NCBI GenBank assembly: GCA_963763775.1
Contig: CAVXPZ010000001.1
Coordinates: 448,001-512,000, forward strand
Source: an uncultured Chloroflexia bacterium
GTDB taxonomy: Bacteria; Chloroflexota; Limnocylindria; Limnocylindrales; CSP1-4
Direction of reading: 5' to 3'
DNA: 64,000 nucleotides
This document shows, piece by piece, positions 1 to 10,495 of the stretch. The translations under genes were made by a program, and so were the position numbers. The stretch's first letter is position 1. Each line of letters opens with the position of its first letter. The notes under the pieces were generated by a model. It was not told where the DNA came from. It did not search any database and saw only the letters and a program-made list of their open reading frames with translations.

Positions 1-21
1 GGCCAAGGAGGAACAGCTCCC

Positions 22-2604
22 TTGTCTCAGACATTCGAGACGCAGATCGGTGGTCGCACGCTGACCATCGAGACCGGCCGGCTTGCACGCCTGGCCGGCG
101 GGTCCGTCACCGTCCGCTACGGTGACACCCTGGTCCTCGGGACCGCCAACCGGTCCGATCCGCGACCGGGCCTCGACTTCTTCCCGCTCACCGTCGAGTT
201 CGAGGAGCGCATGTACGCCGCGGGCAAGATCCCCGGCGGCTTCATCAAGCGCGAAGCCCGTGCGTCGGAGGCCGCCACCCTGGCCGCCCGCCTGACCGAC
301 CGGCCGATCCGCCCGCTCTTCCCCGAGGGCTACAAGGACGATATCCAGCTCGTCATCACGGTCCTCTCGACCGACCAGGAGAACGAGCCCGACGTGCTCG
401 GCACGACGGCCGCCTCGGCCGCGCTGAGCATCAGCGAGATCCCGTTCGGCGGCCCGGTGGGCGCCGTGCGCATCGGTCGCATCGGCGGCGAGTTCGTCGT
501 CAACCCGACCTACAGCGAGCTCGCGGAGTCCGAGCTCGACCTCATCGTCTCGGGCACCCGGGACGCGATCATGATGGTCGAGGCCGGCGCCAAGCTGCTG
601 CCCGAGGCCGTCATGGCCGAGGCGATCCTGTTCGGCCATCGCGCCCTGCAGCCGCTGATCGACATCCAGGAGGAGCTTCGCAAGGCCGTCGGCAAGGCGA
701 AGATCACCCCGTTCCTGGAGGCCGGCACGGGCACCGTGCTCGACTTCGCCAAGCAGGCGGAGGCCGGTGGCGAGTTCGTGATCGTCGACGTCGAGACCAC
801 GGGCACGGACCCGAAGATGGCCGACCTCGTCGAGATCGCCGCGGTCCGCGTCAAGGGCAACAAGATCGTCGACCGCTGGTCGACGCTCGTGAACCCGGGT
901 CGTCCGATCATCGGCAACCAGATGCACGGCATCACGGACGCGGACGTCAAGAAGGCCCCCAAGCCGGCCGACGCCGCCAAGGACGCCCTCAAGTTCATCG
1001 GTGACGCCCCGGTCGTGGGCCACAGCGTCGGCTTCGACCTCGGCTTCCTGGAGGCCGCGCTCGGTGACGGCACCCGCTTCGAGCAGGGCCGCTATCTCGA
1101 CACGCTGACGATCGCCCGAGAGGGGTACCCGGACCTCGAGAACTACAAGCTCGCGACCCTGTCGAACTTCTTCGGCATCGAGCTCGCGCAGTCGCACCGT
1201 GCCGGACCGGACGCCGAGGCGACCGCGAACCTGCTCATCTGGTTCGCGAACGACCTCCCGGGGCGCATCAAGACGCTTCGCGAGTCCATCGCGGACGCGG
1301 TCCGGGCCAATCGGACGGGCGGCGACTCCAAGGGCCTGCTCGAGGCCGCTCGCCGCGAGGCGCGCGTCTCGAAGGGCCTGTACAACCTGATCCACAAGAA
1401 GACGTGCCGCGCCCTGGCCCTCGACGAGGGCATCCGGATGGACGGTCGCGGGACCACGGAGCTTCGGCCGATCTCGGTCGAGGTCGGGTTCCTGCCGCGA
1501 GCCCACGGCTCGGGCATCTTCACCCGCGGCGAGACGCAGGTGCTCACGATCGCGACCCTCGGCTCGTCCTCGGACGTGCAGCGGATCGACACGATCAGCC
1601 CGAAGACCGAGAAGCGCTACATCCACCACTACAACTTCCCGCCCTACTCCACGGGCGAGAACAAGCCGATGCGCGGACCCAGCCGCCGCGACATCGGGCA
1701 CGGCAACCTCGCCGAGCGGGCGCTGATCCCGGTCCTCCCCGACCATGACGAGTTCCCGTACGTCATCCGGCTCGTGTCGGAGTGCATGTCGTCCAATGGC
1801 TCGACGTCGATGGCGTCGACCTGCGGCTCGACCCTGGCGCTCATGGACGCCGGCGTGCCGATCAAGGCGCCGGTCGCCGGTGCGGCCATGGGCCTCATCA
1901 GCGAGCCGGACGGCCGGTTCGTCGTCCTCACCGACATCCTCGGCAAGGAGGACTCGGTCGGCGACATGGACTTCAAGGTGACCGGTACGCGGGACGGGAT
2001 CACCGCCCTGCAGATGGACATCAAGGTCAAGGGCATCAACGAGGCCATCATCCGGAACGGGCTCGAGCAGGCGCTCGCCGCCCGCCTGGAGATCCTCGAC
2101 AAGATGACCGAGGTCCTGCCGGACGCCCGCTCCGAGATGAGCGACTTCGCGCCGCGCATCATCACGATCAAGATCAACCCCGAGAAGATCCGCGAGATCA
2201 TCGGCAAGGGCGGATCGATGATCCGCAAGATCCAGGAAGAGACCAGCACCGAGATCAACGTCGAGGACGACGGCACCGTGGAGATCGCGGCCGTCTCCGG
2301 CGAGAACTCGCGCAAGGCCATCCAGTGGATCGAGAGCCTCACCCGCGAGGTCGAGGTCGGCGCCCTCTACATGGGCAAGGTCACCCGGATCATGGGCTTC
2401 GGCGCCTTCGTCGAGATCCTGCCGGGCAAGGAAGGCCTGGTCCGTATCGGCGAGCTCGCCGACTACCACGTCCCGACCGTCGAGGACGTCGTGTCCGTCG
2501 GCGACGAGATCATGGTGGTCGTGATCGAGGTCGACCGTCAGGGTCGCGTCAACCTCTCGCGCAAGGCCGCCATGCAGCGGCATCTGGCCAAGGATCCCGC
2601 GTAG
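22..2604 (+). CDS. pnp: Polyribonucleotide nucleotidyltransferase (PNPase) with an internal DEDDh (DnaQ-like) 3'-5' exonuclease domain
   Basis: RNase PH1 ([33 protein letters not shown]), RNase PH2 ([26 protein letters not shown]), KH (IIGKGG) and S1 domains. Insert at aa ~250-413 carries DVETTG / GHSVGFD / HRAGPD. AAGGAGG RBS precedes a TTG start. Confidence 0.96.
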   Translation: MSQTFETQIGGRTLTIETGRLARLAGGSVTVRYGDTLVLGTANRSDPRPGLDFFPLTVEFEERMYAAGKIPGGFIKREARASEAATLAARLTDRPIRPLFPEGYKDDIQLVITVLSTDQENEPDVLGTTAASAALSISEIPFGGPVGAVRIGRIGGEFVVNPTYSELAESELDLIVSGTRDAIMMVEAGAKLLPEAVMAEAILFGHRALQPLIDIQEELRKAVGKAKITPFLEAGTGTVLDFAKQAEAGGEFVIVDVETTGTDPKMADLVEIAAVRVKGNKIVDRWSTLVNPGRPIIGNQMHGITDADVKKAPKPADAAKDALKFIGDAPVVGHSVGFDLGFLEAALGDGTRFEQGRYLDTLTIAREGYPDLENYKLATLSNFFGIELAQSHRAGPDAEATANLLIWFANDLPGRIKTLRESIADAVRANRTGGDSKGLLEAARREARVSKGLYNLIHKKTCRALALDEGIRMDGRGTTELRPISVEVGFLPRAHGSGIFTRGETQVLTIATLGSSSDVQRIDTISPKTEKRYIHHYNFPPYSTGENKPMRGPSRRDIGHGNLAERALIPVLPDHDEFPYVIRLVSECMSSNGSTSMASTCGSTLALMDAGVPIKAPVAGAAMGLISEPDGRFVVLTDILGKEDSVGDMDFKVTGTRDGITALQMDIKVKGINEAIIRNGLEQALAARLEILDKMTEVLPDARSEMSDFAPRIITIKINPEKIREIIGKGGSMIRKIQEETSTEINVEDDGTVEIAAVSGENSRKAIQWIESLTREVEVGALYMGKVTRIMGFGAFVEILPGKEGLVRIGELADYHVPTVEDVVSVGDEIMVVVIEVDRQGRVNLSRKAAMQRHLAKDPA

Positions 2605-2633
2605 CGGCGCGTCCGCGCACCGCTTCCGCGAGA

Positions 2634-2662
2634 GGCGCCCCGCCGGGCCACCGGTGGGGCGC
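2634..2662 (+). terminator. GC-rich hairpin after pnp (possible terminator or processing stem)
   Basis: gcgccccgccgg-gcca-ccggtggggcgc inverted repeat with no clear U-tract, followed by a TATACT -10-like hexamer upstream of asd. Confidence 0.4.
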
Positions 2663-2710
2663 TGCTATACTCGGTCGGTGCCCTGACCTGATGACCGACC
2701 GAGTGGAGCC

Positions 2711-3820
2711 ATGCCCCGGATGAACCGAGCACCTCTCACCGTGGCCGTCGTGGGCGCCACCGGCGTCGTGGGGCGGACCATGATCGCCGTCCTGCACGAA
2801 CGCGGATTCCCCATGGCGGAGCTTCGGCTTCTTGCGTCGGGCCGGTCCGCGGGTCGGACCGTGTCGGTCGAGGGACGGACGCTCGAGATCGGCGAGGCGA
2901 CGCCCGAGGCGTTCGACGGCGTCGACATCGCGCTGTTCTCGGCCGGCGCGGAGATCTCCACGCGGCTCGCGCCCGAGGCGGCGAAACGCGGCGCGACGGT
3001 CATCGACAACTCCTCGGCGTGGCGCATGGATCCGCACGTGCCGCTGGTGGTCTCGCAGGTCAATCCGGACGACCTCGAGGGCCACGAGGGCATCATCGCC
3101 AACCCGAACTGCTCGACGATGCAGATGGCCCCCGTGCTGATGGCCCTGCGCGACAGCGTCGGCCTGGAGCGGGTCGTCGTCGACACGTACCAATCGGTGT
3201 CCGGCACCGGGGCCGACGCCCTCGCGGAGCTCGAGGGCCAGATCCGCGCGCACGTGGCCGGCGAGCCGAAACGGGCCGAGGTCTACCCGCACCCCATCGC
3301 GTTCAACGCGCTCCCGGAGATCGACGTGTTCCTCCCCAACGGGTACACGAAGGAGGAGTGGAAGGTCGTCACCGAGAACCGCAAGATCCTCGGTCTGCCC
3401 GAGCTGCGCATCTCGTGTACCGCGGTCCGCGTCCCGGTCTTCGTCAGCCATTCCGAGGCGATCCACGTCGAGACCCGCGAGCCCATCACGCCGGAGCGCG
3501 CCCGACGCCTGTTCACGAGCGTGCCCGGCGTCGTCGTCCAGGACGACCCCGAGACGCACGACTACCCGCTGGCCACCGATGCCGCGGGCCATGACGAGAT
3601 CTACGTCGGCCGCGTCCGGCAGGACATCTCGATGGCCGGCGACCGTGGCCTCGCGTTCTGGGTCGTCTCGGACAACCTGCGCAAGGGCGCAGCGACCAAC
3701 GCCGTCGAGCTCGCGGAGATCCTCCTCGAGCGACGCTGGGTGGAGCACGCCTCGGCCCGCGGCGCCCAGCCGTACCGGGCCCTCGGCAGCGAGGTGACGG
3801 CCGGCGGGGGAACGGCGTGA
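2711..3820 (+). CDS. asd: Aspartate-semialdehyde dehydrogenase
   Basis: [25 protein letters not shown] and [16 protein letters not shown] motifs. The start may be 2720. Confidence 0.95.
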   Translation: MPRMNRAPLTVAVVGATGVVGRTMIAVLHERGFPMAELRLLASGRSAGRTVSVEGRTLEIGEATPEAFDGVDIALFSAGAEISTRLAPEAAKRGATVIDNSSAWRMDPHVPLVVSQVNPDDLEGHEGIIANPNCSTMQMAPVLMALRDSVGLERVVVDTYQSVSGTGADALAELEGQIRAHVAGEPKRAEVYPHPIAFNALPEIDVFLPNGYTKEEWKVVTENRKILGLPELRISCTAVRVPVFVSHSEAIHVETREPITPERARRLFTSVPGVVVQDDPETHDYPLATDAAGHDEIYVGRVRQDISMAGDRGLAFWVVSDNLRKGAATNAVELAEILLERRWVEHASARGAQPYRALGSEVTAGGGTA

Positions 3821-4566
3821 CCGACGCCGAGCGCCGCGCGGCGCTCGAGGTGATCGCGGCGGAGGTCCGGGACTGCACGCGATGCCGCCTCCATACCGGC
3901 CGTACCCGCGCCGTCCCTGGTGAGGGGAACCCGTCGACCGAGGTCGTGTTCGTCGGCGAAGGCCCCGGGTTCAACGAGGACAAGCAGGGCCGGCCGTTCG
4001 TCGGCCGCGCGGGCGACCTCCTCGTCAAGCTCCTCGGATCGATCGGGTGGCGTCGCGAGGACGTGTTCATCACGAACGTCGTGAAGTGCCGGCCGCCCGA
4101 CAACCGCGACCCGGAGCCCGACGAGATCGCGGCCTGCGCGCCCTACCTGACCCGACAGCTCGAGGTCCTCGACCCGGCGGTCGTCGTGACCCTCGGCCGG
4201 TTCTCGATGGCGCGGTTCATGCCCGGCGTCCGCATCTCCCAGGCGCACGGCACCGTGCGGCCGGCCGACCCGGCGACGGGCGCCCGCGACGCCCTCGTGC
4301 TGGCCATGTACCACCCCGCGGCGGCGTTGCGGACCCCCGCCATCGAGCGCGAGAGCTTCGCCGACGCCGCCACCATCCCGAGTGTCCTGCTGGACGCGCG
4401 AGCCCGCCGGGCGGACCATTCGTCTCGACCGGTCCCGGCGACCGCCGCGACGAAGACGCCGCAGACGGCCGACGAGACCACCATCGACCGCCCTGCCCCA
4501 TCCGCGCCGCCCGTCCTCGAGCCCGTGGCGGCGCCCTCCGACACCGACCAACTCACCCTCTTCTAG
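3817..4566 (+). CDS. Family-4 uracil-DNA glycosylase (4Fe-4S) with low-complexity tail ending QLTLF
   Basis: [29 protein letters not shown] and YHPAAALR motifs. GTGA overlap with the asd stop. Confidence 0.92.
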   Translation: MTDAERRAALEVIAAEVRDCTRCRLHTGRTRAVPGEGNPSTEVVFVGEGPGFNEDKQGRPFVGRAGDLLVKLLGSIGWRREDVFITNVVKCRPPDNRDPEPDEIAACAPYLTRQLEVLDPAVVVTLGRFSMARFMPGVRISQAHGTVRPADPATGARDALVLAMYHPAAALRTPAIERESFADAATIPSVLLDARARRADHSSRPVPATAATKTPQTADETTIDRPAPSAPPVLEPVAAPSDTDQLTLF

Positions 4567-4573
4567 GACCCAT

Positions 4574-6247
4574 ATGCCCACACCCAGTCCCGATCAGCCG
4601 CTCCGCATCATCCCGCTCGGCGGGGTGGGGGAGATCGGCAAGAACATGTACGTCTTCGAGTACCGCGACGAGATCGTCGTCATCGACTGCGGCCTCATGT
4701 TCCCGGACGAGGAGATGTTCGGCATCGACCTCGTCATCCCCGATGTCACCTATCTCAAGGAGAACCGGGCGAAGGTCAAGGCCTTCCTCATCACCCACGC
4801 CCACGAGGACCACGTCGGCGGCCTGCCGTACGTGCTGCCCGAGTTCCCCGGCGTCCCGGTCTATGCCTCGACGCTGGCCCGCGGGCTGCTCGGCAACAAG
4901 ATCAAGGAGCACAAGCTCCACAACAACCCGGTCCTGCCCCTCGACCCGGGCGACGAGCTCCAGATCGGCTCGTTCACGGTCATCCCGTTCCGCGTCGGCC
5001 ACTCGATCCCCGACGCGATGGGGATCGCCCTTCGGACGCCGGTCGGGACCATCGTCCACACGGGCGACTTCAAGTTCGACCACACCCCGGTCGACGGCAA
5101 GCTGTCGGACTTCGCGATCCTCGCGAAGCTCGGCGCCGAGGGCGTCCTGTGCCTGCTGTCGGACTCGACCAATGCCGAGAAGCCCGGGTACACGCCGTCC
5201 GAGCGGACCGTCGGCGAGGCCTTCCGCGAGATCATGGAGCCCCTCGAGGGCCGGGTGATCGTCGCGACCTTCGCGAGCAACATCGCCCGCATCCAGCAGG
5301 TCCTCGACGCCGCCGGCGACATGGGCCGGAGCGTGGCGGTCATCGGCCGCTCGATGGAGCAGAACTTCCGGATCGCGACGGACCTCGGGTACCTCAAGTA
5401 CGACGCGTCGATGATCGTCGCGAAGGACAAGATCAAGGACCACCCGGACGCCAAGCTCGTCATCGCGACGACGGGCGCGCAGGGCGAGCCGATGGCGGGG
5501 CTCGCGCGGATGGCCAACCGCGACCATCGCTTCGTCGAGATCCAGCCCGGCGACACGGTCATCGTCAGCGCGAGCCCGATCCCCGGCAACGAGGAGTACG
5601 TCTCGCGCACGATCGACAACCTGTTCAAGGCCGGGGCGAACGTCTACTACCACACCGTCAAGCGGGCGCACGTGTCGGGCCACGCCAGCCAGGAAGAGCT
5701 CAAGCTGATGCTCGGCCTGACCCGGCCGACCCACTTCATCCCGATGCACGGCGAGTTCCGCATGCAGGTGCAGCACGGCCGTCTCGCCATCGAGACCGGC
5801 GTGGCGCCCGAGAACGTCTTCATCATCGAGAACGGCACGCCGATCGAGCTGTATGCCGATGGATCCGCACGGCGGGGGAGCCCGGTCACCGCCGGGTATG
5901 TCTTCGTCGACGGGCTCTCGGTCGGCGAGGTCGGCGAGGTCGTCCTGCGCGACCGCCGGTCGCTGGCGAACGACGGGATGTTCATGATCGTGGTCACCGT
6001 GGACAAGCAGACGGGCCAGATCATCGGCCGCCCGGAGATCGTCACGCGCGGCTTCGTCCACCTCAACGAGCGCGACCCGATCATGGAGGAGGCCGTGGAC
6101 CGCGTCCTCGCGGCCATCTCGACCCCGGGCGACCACATCAGCGAAGTCGGGCTGCTGAAGCAGCAGATCAAGGACGGGGTCTCGCGGTACCTGTACGAGC
6201 AGACGAAGCGACGGCCGATGGTCTTCCCGGTCGTGGTGGAGGTCTAG
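4574..6247 (+). CDS. rnj: Ribonuclease J
   Basis: PLGGVGEIGKN, THAHEDHVG, HTGDFKFD, HVSGHA and C-terminal TKRRPMVFPVVVEV. Start reset to ATG 4574. Confidence 0.95.
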   Translation: MPTPSPDQPLRIIPLGGVGEIGKNMYVFEYRDEIVVIDCGLMFPDEEMFGIDLVIPDVTYLKENRAKVKAFLITHAHEDHVGGLPYVLPEFPGVPVYASTLARGLLGNKIKEHKLHNNPVLPLDPGDELQIGSFTVIPFRVGHSIPDAMGIALRTPVGTIVHTGDFKFDHTPVDGKLSDFAILAKLGAEGVLCLLSDSTNAEKPGYTPSERTVGEAFREIMEPLEGRVIVATFASNIARIQQVLDAAGDMGRSVAVIGRSMEQNFRIATDLGYLKYDASMIVAKDKIKDHPDAKLVIATTGAQGEPMAGLARMANRDHRFVEIQPGDTVIVSASPIPGNEEYVSRTIDNLFKAGANVYYHTVKRAHVSGHASQEELKLMLGLTRPTHFIPMHGEFRMQVQHGRLAIETGVAPENVFIIENGTPIELYADGSARRGSPVTAGYVFVDGLSVGEVGEVVLRDRRSLANDGMFMIVVTVDKQTGQIIGRPEIVTRGFVHLNERDPIMEEAVDRVLAAISTPGDHISEVGLLKQQIKDGVSRYLYEQTKRRPMVFPVVVEV

Positions 6248-6250
6248 CCG

Positions 6251-8581
6251 ATGGCGACCCGCCGACGCGCTCCGAGCACGCGCGCCGCCACGACCCGCCG
6301 GACGCGCCGTCGCGCGTCCCCGGGCTGGGCGTCGCGGATCACCCCCGAGGTGGTGCGGTCGGTCGTCGGGTACATCCTCCTCGTGCTCGGCGCGATGACG
6401 CTGATCGCGCTGGTCCTGCCCGGCCGGGGGAGCCTGACCAGCTGGTGGACCGGCGTCTTCGCCCCGTGGTTCGGGGCCATGCGCTGGCTCCTGCCGTTCG
6501 TCCTGCTCCTCGCGGGCTGGTACCTCGAGTGGCGCAAGCCGAAGGCCTGGGGCTACACCCTGCTCGGCCTCGGGATCGCCTACGCGGGCTTCCTGGGGGC
6601 CGCCGAGGTCCTGGGCGCGAACGGCGGCCGAGTCGGTCGGTTCCTGCAGGGCCTGCTCGAGCCGCTCCTGACGGTCCCAGGCGCCTTCATCGTGCTCATC
6701 GCCATGATCGCCGGCGGGTTGATGCTCGCCTTCGACCTTCGCCTGGCGCAGTTGACGGCCCCCTTCACCGCGTTCCTGGCGTGGTTGCGCGTCACGGGGG
6801 CATCGGCGCTCGAGCGTGAGCCCGCCGGTCCTGGCACGCCCGTCGGGCCGGGCAAGGCCACGGCGGTCAACGGTGCCTCGAAGGCGGCGGCCAACGGTGC
6901 CGGGACACGGACGACCACCGACGTCGTCGTCCAGTCGGGCACGATCCTCGACCAGCCGGCCACGCGGACGAGCGCCGCGCCGGTCAGCCAGACCGTCGTG
7001 ACGCCCGAAGCGGGTGGCACGCTGCCGGCCAGGCGGGCGGCGGGCGCCGCCGGCGCCGTCGCGGTCGCGACCGAGGAGCCGCCCACGGCTCTCGCCGCGC
7101 TCCAGGCGATCGACTGGACGCTGCCGGCGGTCACGCTCCTCGAGGAGCGGCCGGCGGCGCGCGTCGGCTCGATGCTGGACCACGCCGCGAACGTCCGGCG
7201 GATCGAGGAGAAGCTCCTCAGCTTCGCCATCCCGGCGAAGGTCGTCGCGACGAACAGCGGCCCGGTCGTGACCCAGTACGAGGTCCGACCCGAACACCAC
7301 GTGAAGGTCTCGCGCATCGAGGCGCTGGCCGACGACCTGGCCATGGCCCTCGCGGCGCGCTCCATCCGCATCGAGGCGCCGATCCCCGGCAAGGACGTGG
7401 TCGGCATCGAGATCCCCAACGATGTGAGCGAGGTGGTCGGCTTCCGCGCGATCGTCGAGGAGCGCAACCTCCCCGCCGCCGCGAGCCCGCTCACGTTCGC
7501 CCTCGGCCGTGACGTCTCGGGCGAGCCGTACGCCGTGGACCTCGCGAAGATGCCACACCTGCTGGTCGCCGGGGCGACCGGCTCCGGCAAGAGCGTCTGC
7601 GTCAACGCGCTCATCACGAGCATCCTCATGCGCGCCCGGCCCGACGAGGTCCGGATGATCCTCGTGGACCTCAAGCGCGTCGAGCTGGCGCCGTACAACG
7701 GCCTGCCCCACCTGTTGCAGCACGTGATCGTCGAGCCGGGCGAGGCGAAGGCGGTGCTGAACTGGGCGGTGACCGAGATGGAGACCCGCTACAAGCAGCT
7801 CGCGGCGCACACGGTCCGCAACATCGCCGCCTTCAACGCGCGTCCCGATCTCGAGGACAGCGAGCGGATGCCGTACATCGTGCTGATCATCGACGAGCTC
7901 GCCGACCTGATCATGCGCGAGGGCCGCAAGGTCGAGGACCCGATCGTCAAGATCGCCCAGAAGGCCCGAGCCGTCGGGATCCACCTGGTCCTCGCGACCC
8001 AGCGGCCGTCCGTGAACGTGGTCACGGGCCTCATCAAGGCCAACGTGCCATCGCGGATCGCCTTCGCGATGGCGTCGATGGTGGACTCACGGACCGTGCT
8101 GGACTCGCCCGGCGCCGAGGACCTGATCGGGCGAGGGGATATGCTCTACCAGCCGGTCGACCTGCCGCGGCCGGTGCGGATGCAGGGCGTCTTCGTCAGC
8201 GACCGCGAGGTCGCCGCCGTGACCCAGCACTGGCTGGACCAGACCGGCGACCGGACCTTCTACGACGAGGAGATCCTCGCGTTCGCCGACAGCGACGGAG
8301 AGGGCGGCGAGAGCGGCCAGTTCGCCTGGATGGTCAAGTACGGGGTCGACTCGATGACGCCGGCGGCGGCGGAGCTCGTCACCACGTCGGGCAAGGCCAG
8401 CACGTCGTTCCTGCAGACGAAGCTCAAGCTCGGATTCGCGAGGGCCAGCCGAGTGATGGACGAACTCGAACGCTACGGGATCATCAGCCCGTCGGATCCG
8501 CGCAACCCTGCCGCGGTGCGACAGGTCTACGGCCGCGAGAACTGGTTCATGTCGACCGACGACGTGGATGCCGACGACTGA
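6251..8581 (+). CDS. ftsK: DNA translocase FtsK/SpoIIIE
   Basis: N-terminal TM helices, Walker A GATGSGKS, IIDELADL, LATQRPS and a C-terminal gamma domain. Confidence 0.95.
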   Translation: MATRRRAPSTRAATTRRTRRRASPGWASRITPEVVRSVVGYILLVLGAMTLIALVLPGRGSLTSWWTGVFAPWFGAMRWLLPFVLLLAGWYLEWRKPKAWGYTLLGLGIAYAGFLGAAEVLGANGGRVGRFLQGLLEPLLTVPGAFIVLIAMIAGGLMLAFDLRLAQLTAPFTAFLAWLRVTGASALEREPAGPGTPVGPGKATAVNGASKAAANGAGTRTTTDVVVQSGTILDQPATRTSAAPVSQTVVTPEAGGTLPARRAAGAAGAVAVATEEPPTALAALQAIDWTLPAVTLLEERPAARVGSMLDHAANVRRIEEKLLSFAIPAKVVATNSGPVVTQYEVRPEHHVKVSRIEALADDLAMALAARSIRIEAPIPGKDVVGIEIPNDVSEVVGFRAIVEERNLPAAASPLTFALGRDVSGEPYAVDLAKMPHLLVAGATGSGKSVCVNALITSILMRARPDEVRMILVDLKRVELAPYNGLPHLLQHVIVEPGEAKAVLNWAVTEMETRYKQLAAHTVRNIAAFNARPDLEDSERMPYIVLIIDELADLIMREGRKVEDPIVKIAQKARAVGIHLVLATQRPSVNVVTGLIKANVPSRIAFAMASMVDSRTVLDSPGAEDLIGRGDMLYQPVDLPRPVRMQGVFVSDREVAAVTQHWLDQTGDRTFYDEEILAFADSDGEGGESGQFAWMVKYGVDSMTPAAAELVTTSGKASTSFLQTKLKLGFARASRVMDELERYGIISPSDPRNPAAVRQVYGRENWFMSTDDVDADD

Positions 8582-8584
8582 GCG

Positions 8585-9946
8585 ATGACCACCAGAGACC
8601 AGCTCCGACGCGCCGTCCGGGGTGACCGCCCCGAGCCGCCGCCGCCATCGGCCGAGCCGGTCCTGTCGCTGCCCGAACGCCTGTATGCCGCCCGCGAGCG
8701 AAAGGGCGTGGACCTGTACCGCGCCGAGCGCGACACGAAGATCCGGGCGAAGTACCTGGGCGCCCTCGAGCGAGGCGACTGGAAGGAGCTCCCGGGCGAC
8801 GTCTATACGAAGGGGTTCCTGCGCAACTACGCGCTCTACCTCGGCCTTGATCCCGACGAAGTCCTGACCCAGTGGCGTCGCGAGAAGGGCGGCGGCCGCG
8901 AGGCGGCGCCCACGATCACGGTCCCTCGGCCCATCGCCACGCCGCGCAAGGGCCTCACGTTCTCGCCGTTCCTCGTCGTCCTCGCGCTCATGACGATCGG
9001 CGTGCTCATCTTCGTCGCCTATCTCGGAGTCCAGCTGCTGCGCTTCTCGAAGCCGCCGACGATCGCCGTCACGGACCCGGCGACGGCGGTCCTCGACGTC
9101 GACGATGCGGCGACCACGTACACGCTTCGCGGGATCACGCTGCCCGGCGCCACGGTGAGCGTCGCCACGCCCGGCCGCGACCCGTACGCGGTGACCGCCG
9201 ACTCGAGCGGTGAGTGGTCCGTGCCGGTCGATCTGCGCCGCGGACGGAACCAGTTCGACGTGAGCGCGCTCGACCCGGACACGGGCAAGAAGTCCGAGGA
9301 CACGAAGCGCCTGTACATCACGGTGCCGTTCCTCGTGACCGAGTCGCCGACCCTGACGCTCGACCAGCCGGCCGAGGGCGCCACGTTCCAGAACGGGGCG
9401 ATCCCCGTCCAGGGCAAGACCACGAACGCCTCGTCGGTCGTCGTCAGCGCCGCGTATACCGGCTCGGCGGACCCGAAGGCCGACCCGGGGTCGTCCAAGA
9501 CGCCGCCAGCCGCCCCGAAGCCCGTCACGGTCAAGGTGGGCGACGACGGGGCGTTCAGCACGCCCCTGGAGCTGACGGCCGGCAAGTGGGCGGTGACCGT
9601 CACCGCGACGAGTGCCGACGGCAAGTCCACGTCGCTGACGCGGAACGTGACCGTGGCGTTCAAGGGCGTGAACGTCGTCGTCACGATCAAGGGCGGCCGG
9701 GCCTGGCTCAAGGTCTGGGTCGACGGCCAGGTGTCCGACCAGACGACCGCGGCCGGCCGCGTCTACGGGCCGGGCAAGGTCCTGACCTTCACCGCGAAGG
9801 ACTCGGTGGAGGTCCGGACCGGCAAGTCGAGCGCCACGTACTTCACGGTCAACGGGATCGACCTGGGGCACATGAACGCGCTCGGCAATCCGGAGACCTG
9901 GCTGTTCGCGCCGCCCGCCGCGCCGGTGCAGACCGGTCGACGCTGA
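8585..9946 (+). CDS. RodZ-like protein (HTH_25, TM, two Ig-like repeats, DUF4115-like C-terminus)
   Basis: KIRAKYLGALERGDWKELPGDVYTKGFLRNYALYLGLD, a single TM and AWLKVWVDG. Conserved position after ftsK. Confidence 0.85.
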   Translation: MTTRDQLRRAVRGDRPEPPPPSAEPVLSLPERLYAARERKGVDLYRAERDTKIRAKYLGALERGDWKELPGDVYTKGFLRNYALYLGLDPDEVLTQWRREKGGGREAAPTITVPRPIATPRKGLTFSPFLVVLALMTIGVLIFVAYLGVQLLRFSKPPTIAVTDPATAVLDVDDAATTYTLRGITLPGATVSVATPGRDPYAVTADSSGEWSVPVDLRRGRNQFDVSALDPDTGKKSEDTKRLYITVPFLVTESPTLTLDQPAEGATFQNGAIPVQGKTTNASSVVVSAAYTGSADPKADPGSSKTPPAAPKPVTVKVGDDGAFSTPLELTAGKWAVTVTATSADGKSTSLTRNVTVAFKGVNVVVTIKGGRAWLKVWVDGQVSDQTTAAGRVYGPGKVLTFTAKDSVEVRTGKSSATYFTVNGIDLGHMNALGNPETWLFAPPAAPVQTGRR

Positions 9947-9952
9947 CCGTCG

Positions 9953-10495
9953 ATGGACGCGCCATCCCCGTCGCTCGCCGAACTCGCCCAGCGACTCCAG
10001 TCCCGTTGCCTCTCCGCTGGCCTGACCGTCACGACCGCGGAGTCCTGCACGGGCGGCCTCGTCGCGCACGCGATCACCGGGCAGCCGGGGTCGTCCGGCT
10101 ACTTCCTCGGCGGGGTGGTCAGCTACTCGAACGCGGTGAAGTCCGAGGTGCTCGGCGTCCCCGCCGACCTCATCGCCGTGCATGGCGCGGTGAGCGCCCA
10201 GGTGGCGGTCGCGATGGCCACCGGGGTCCGGACGCGCCTCGCCTCGGACTTGGCCGTCGGGGTCACCGGCGTCGCGGGTCCGGACGGCGGCTCTGACGAC
10301 AAGCCGGTCGGACTCGTCTACGTCGCGGTCAGCGACGGCCTCGGCGCCGACGTCCGGCGATACCACTGGAGCGGCGACCGCGCATCGAACAATACGGCCA
10401 GCGCCGCGGCCGCCCTGGCGCTCCTGCTCGAACGCGCGGCCACCGCCGCCGAGTCCGTTCCGACCAGCGCCGCACCGAACCCGGCGGCGACGTGA
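9953..10495 (+). CDS. CinA C-terminal domain protein (NMN deamidase PncC-like)
   Basis: TAESCTGG, PGSSGYF, HGAVS and TGVAGPDGG motifs. Confidence 0.9.
   Translation: MDAPSPSLAELAQRLQSRCLSAGLTVTTAESCTGGLVAHAITGQPGSSGYFLGGVVSYSNAVKSEVLGVPADLIAVHGAVSAQVAVAMATGVRTRLASDLAVGVTGVAGPDGGSDDKPVGLVYVAVSDGLGADVRRYHWSGDRASNNTASAAAALALLLERAATAAESVPTSAAPNPAAT

Noticed and set aside
772-1260. PNPase insert as an intein or mobile element
   Set aside because: It has no C/S...HN splice motifs, homing-endonuclease motifs or terminal repeats. It is a plain DEDDh domain.
4553-7984. 1143-aa antisense ORF and other long antisense ORFs (e.g. 8087-10366, 29468-31108, 31108-32877)
   Set aside because: These are shadow frames opposite well-supported genes. 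Stops are scarce at this GC content and the translations show no recognisable motifs.
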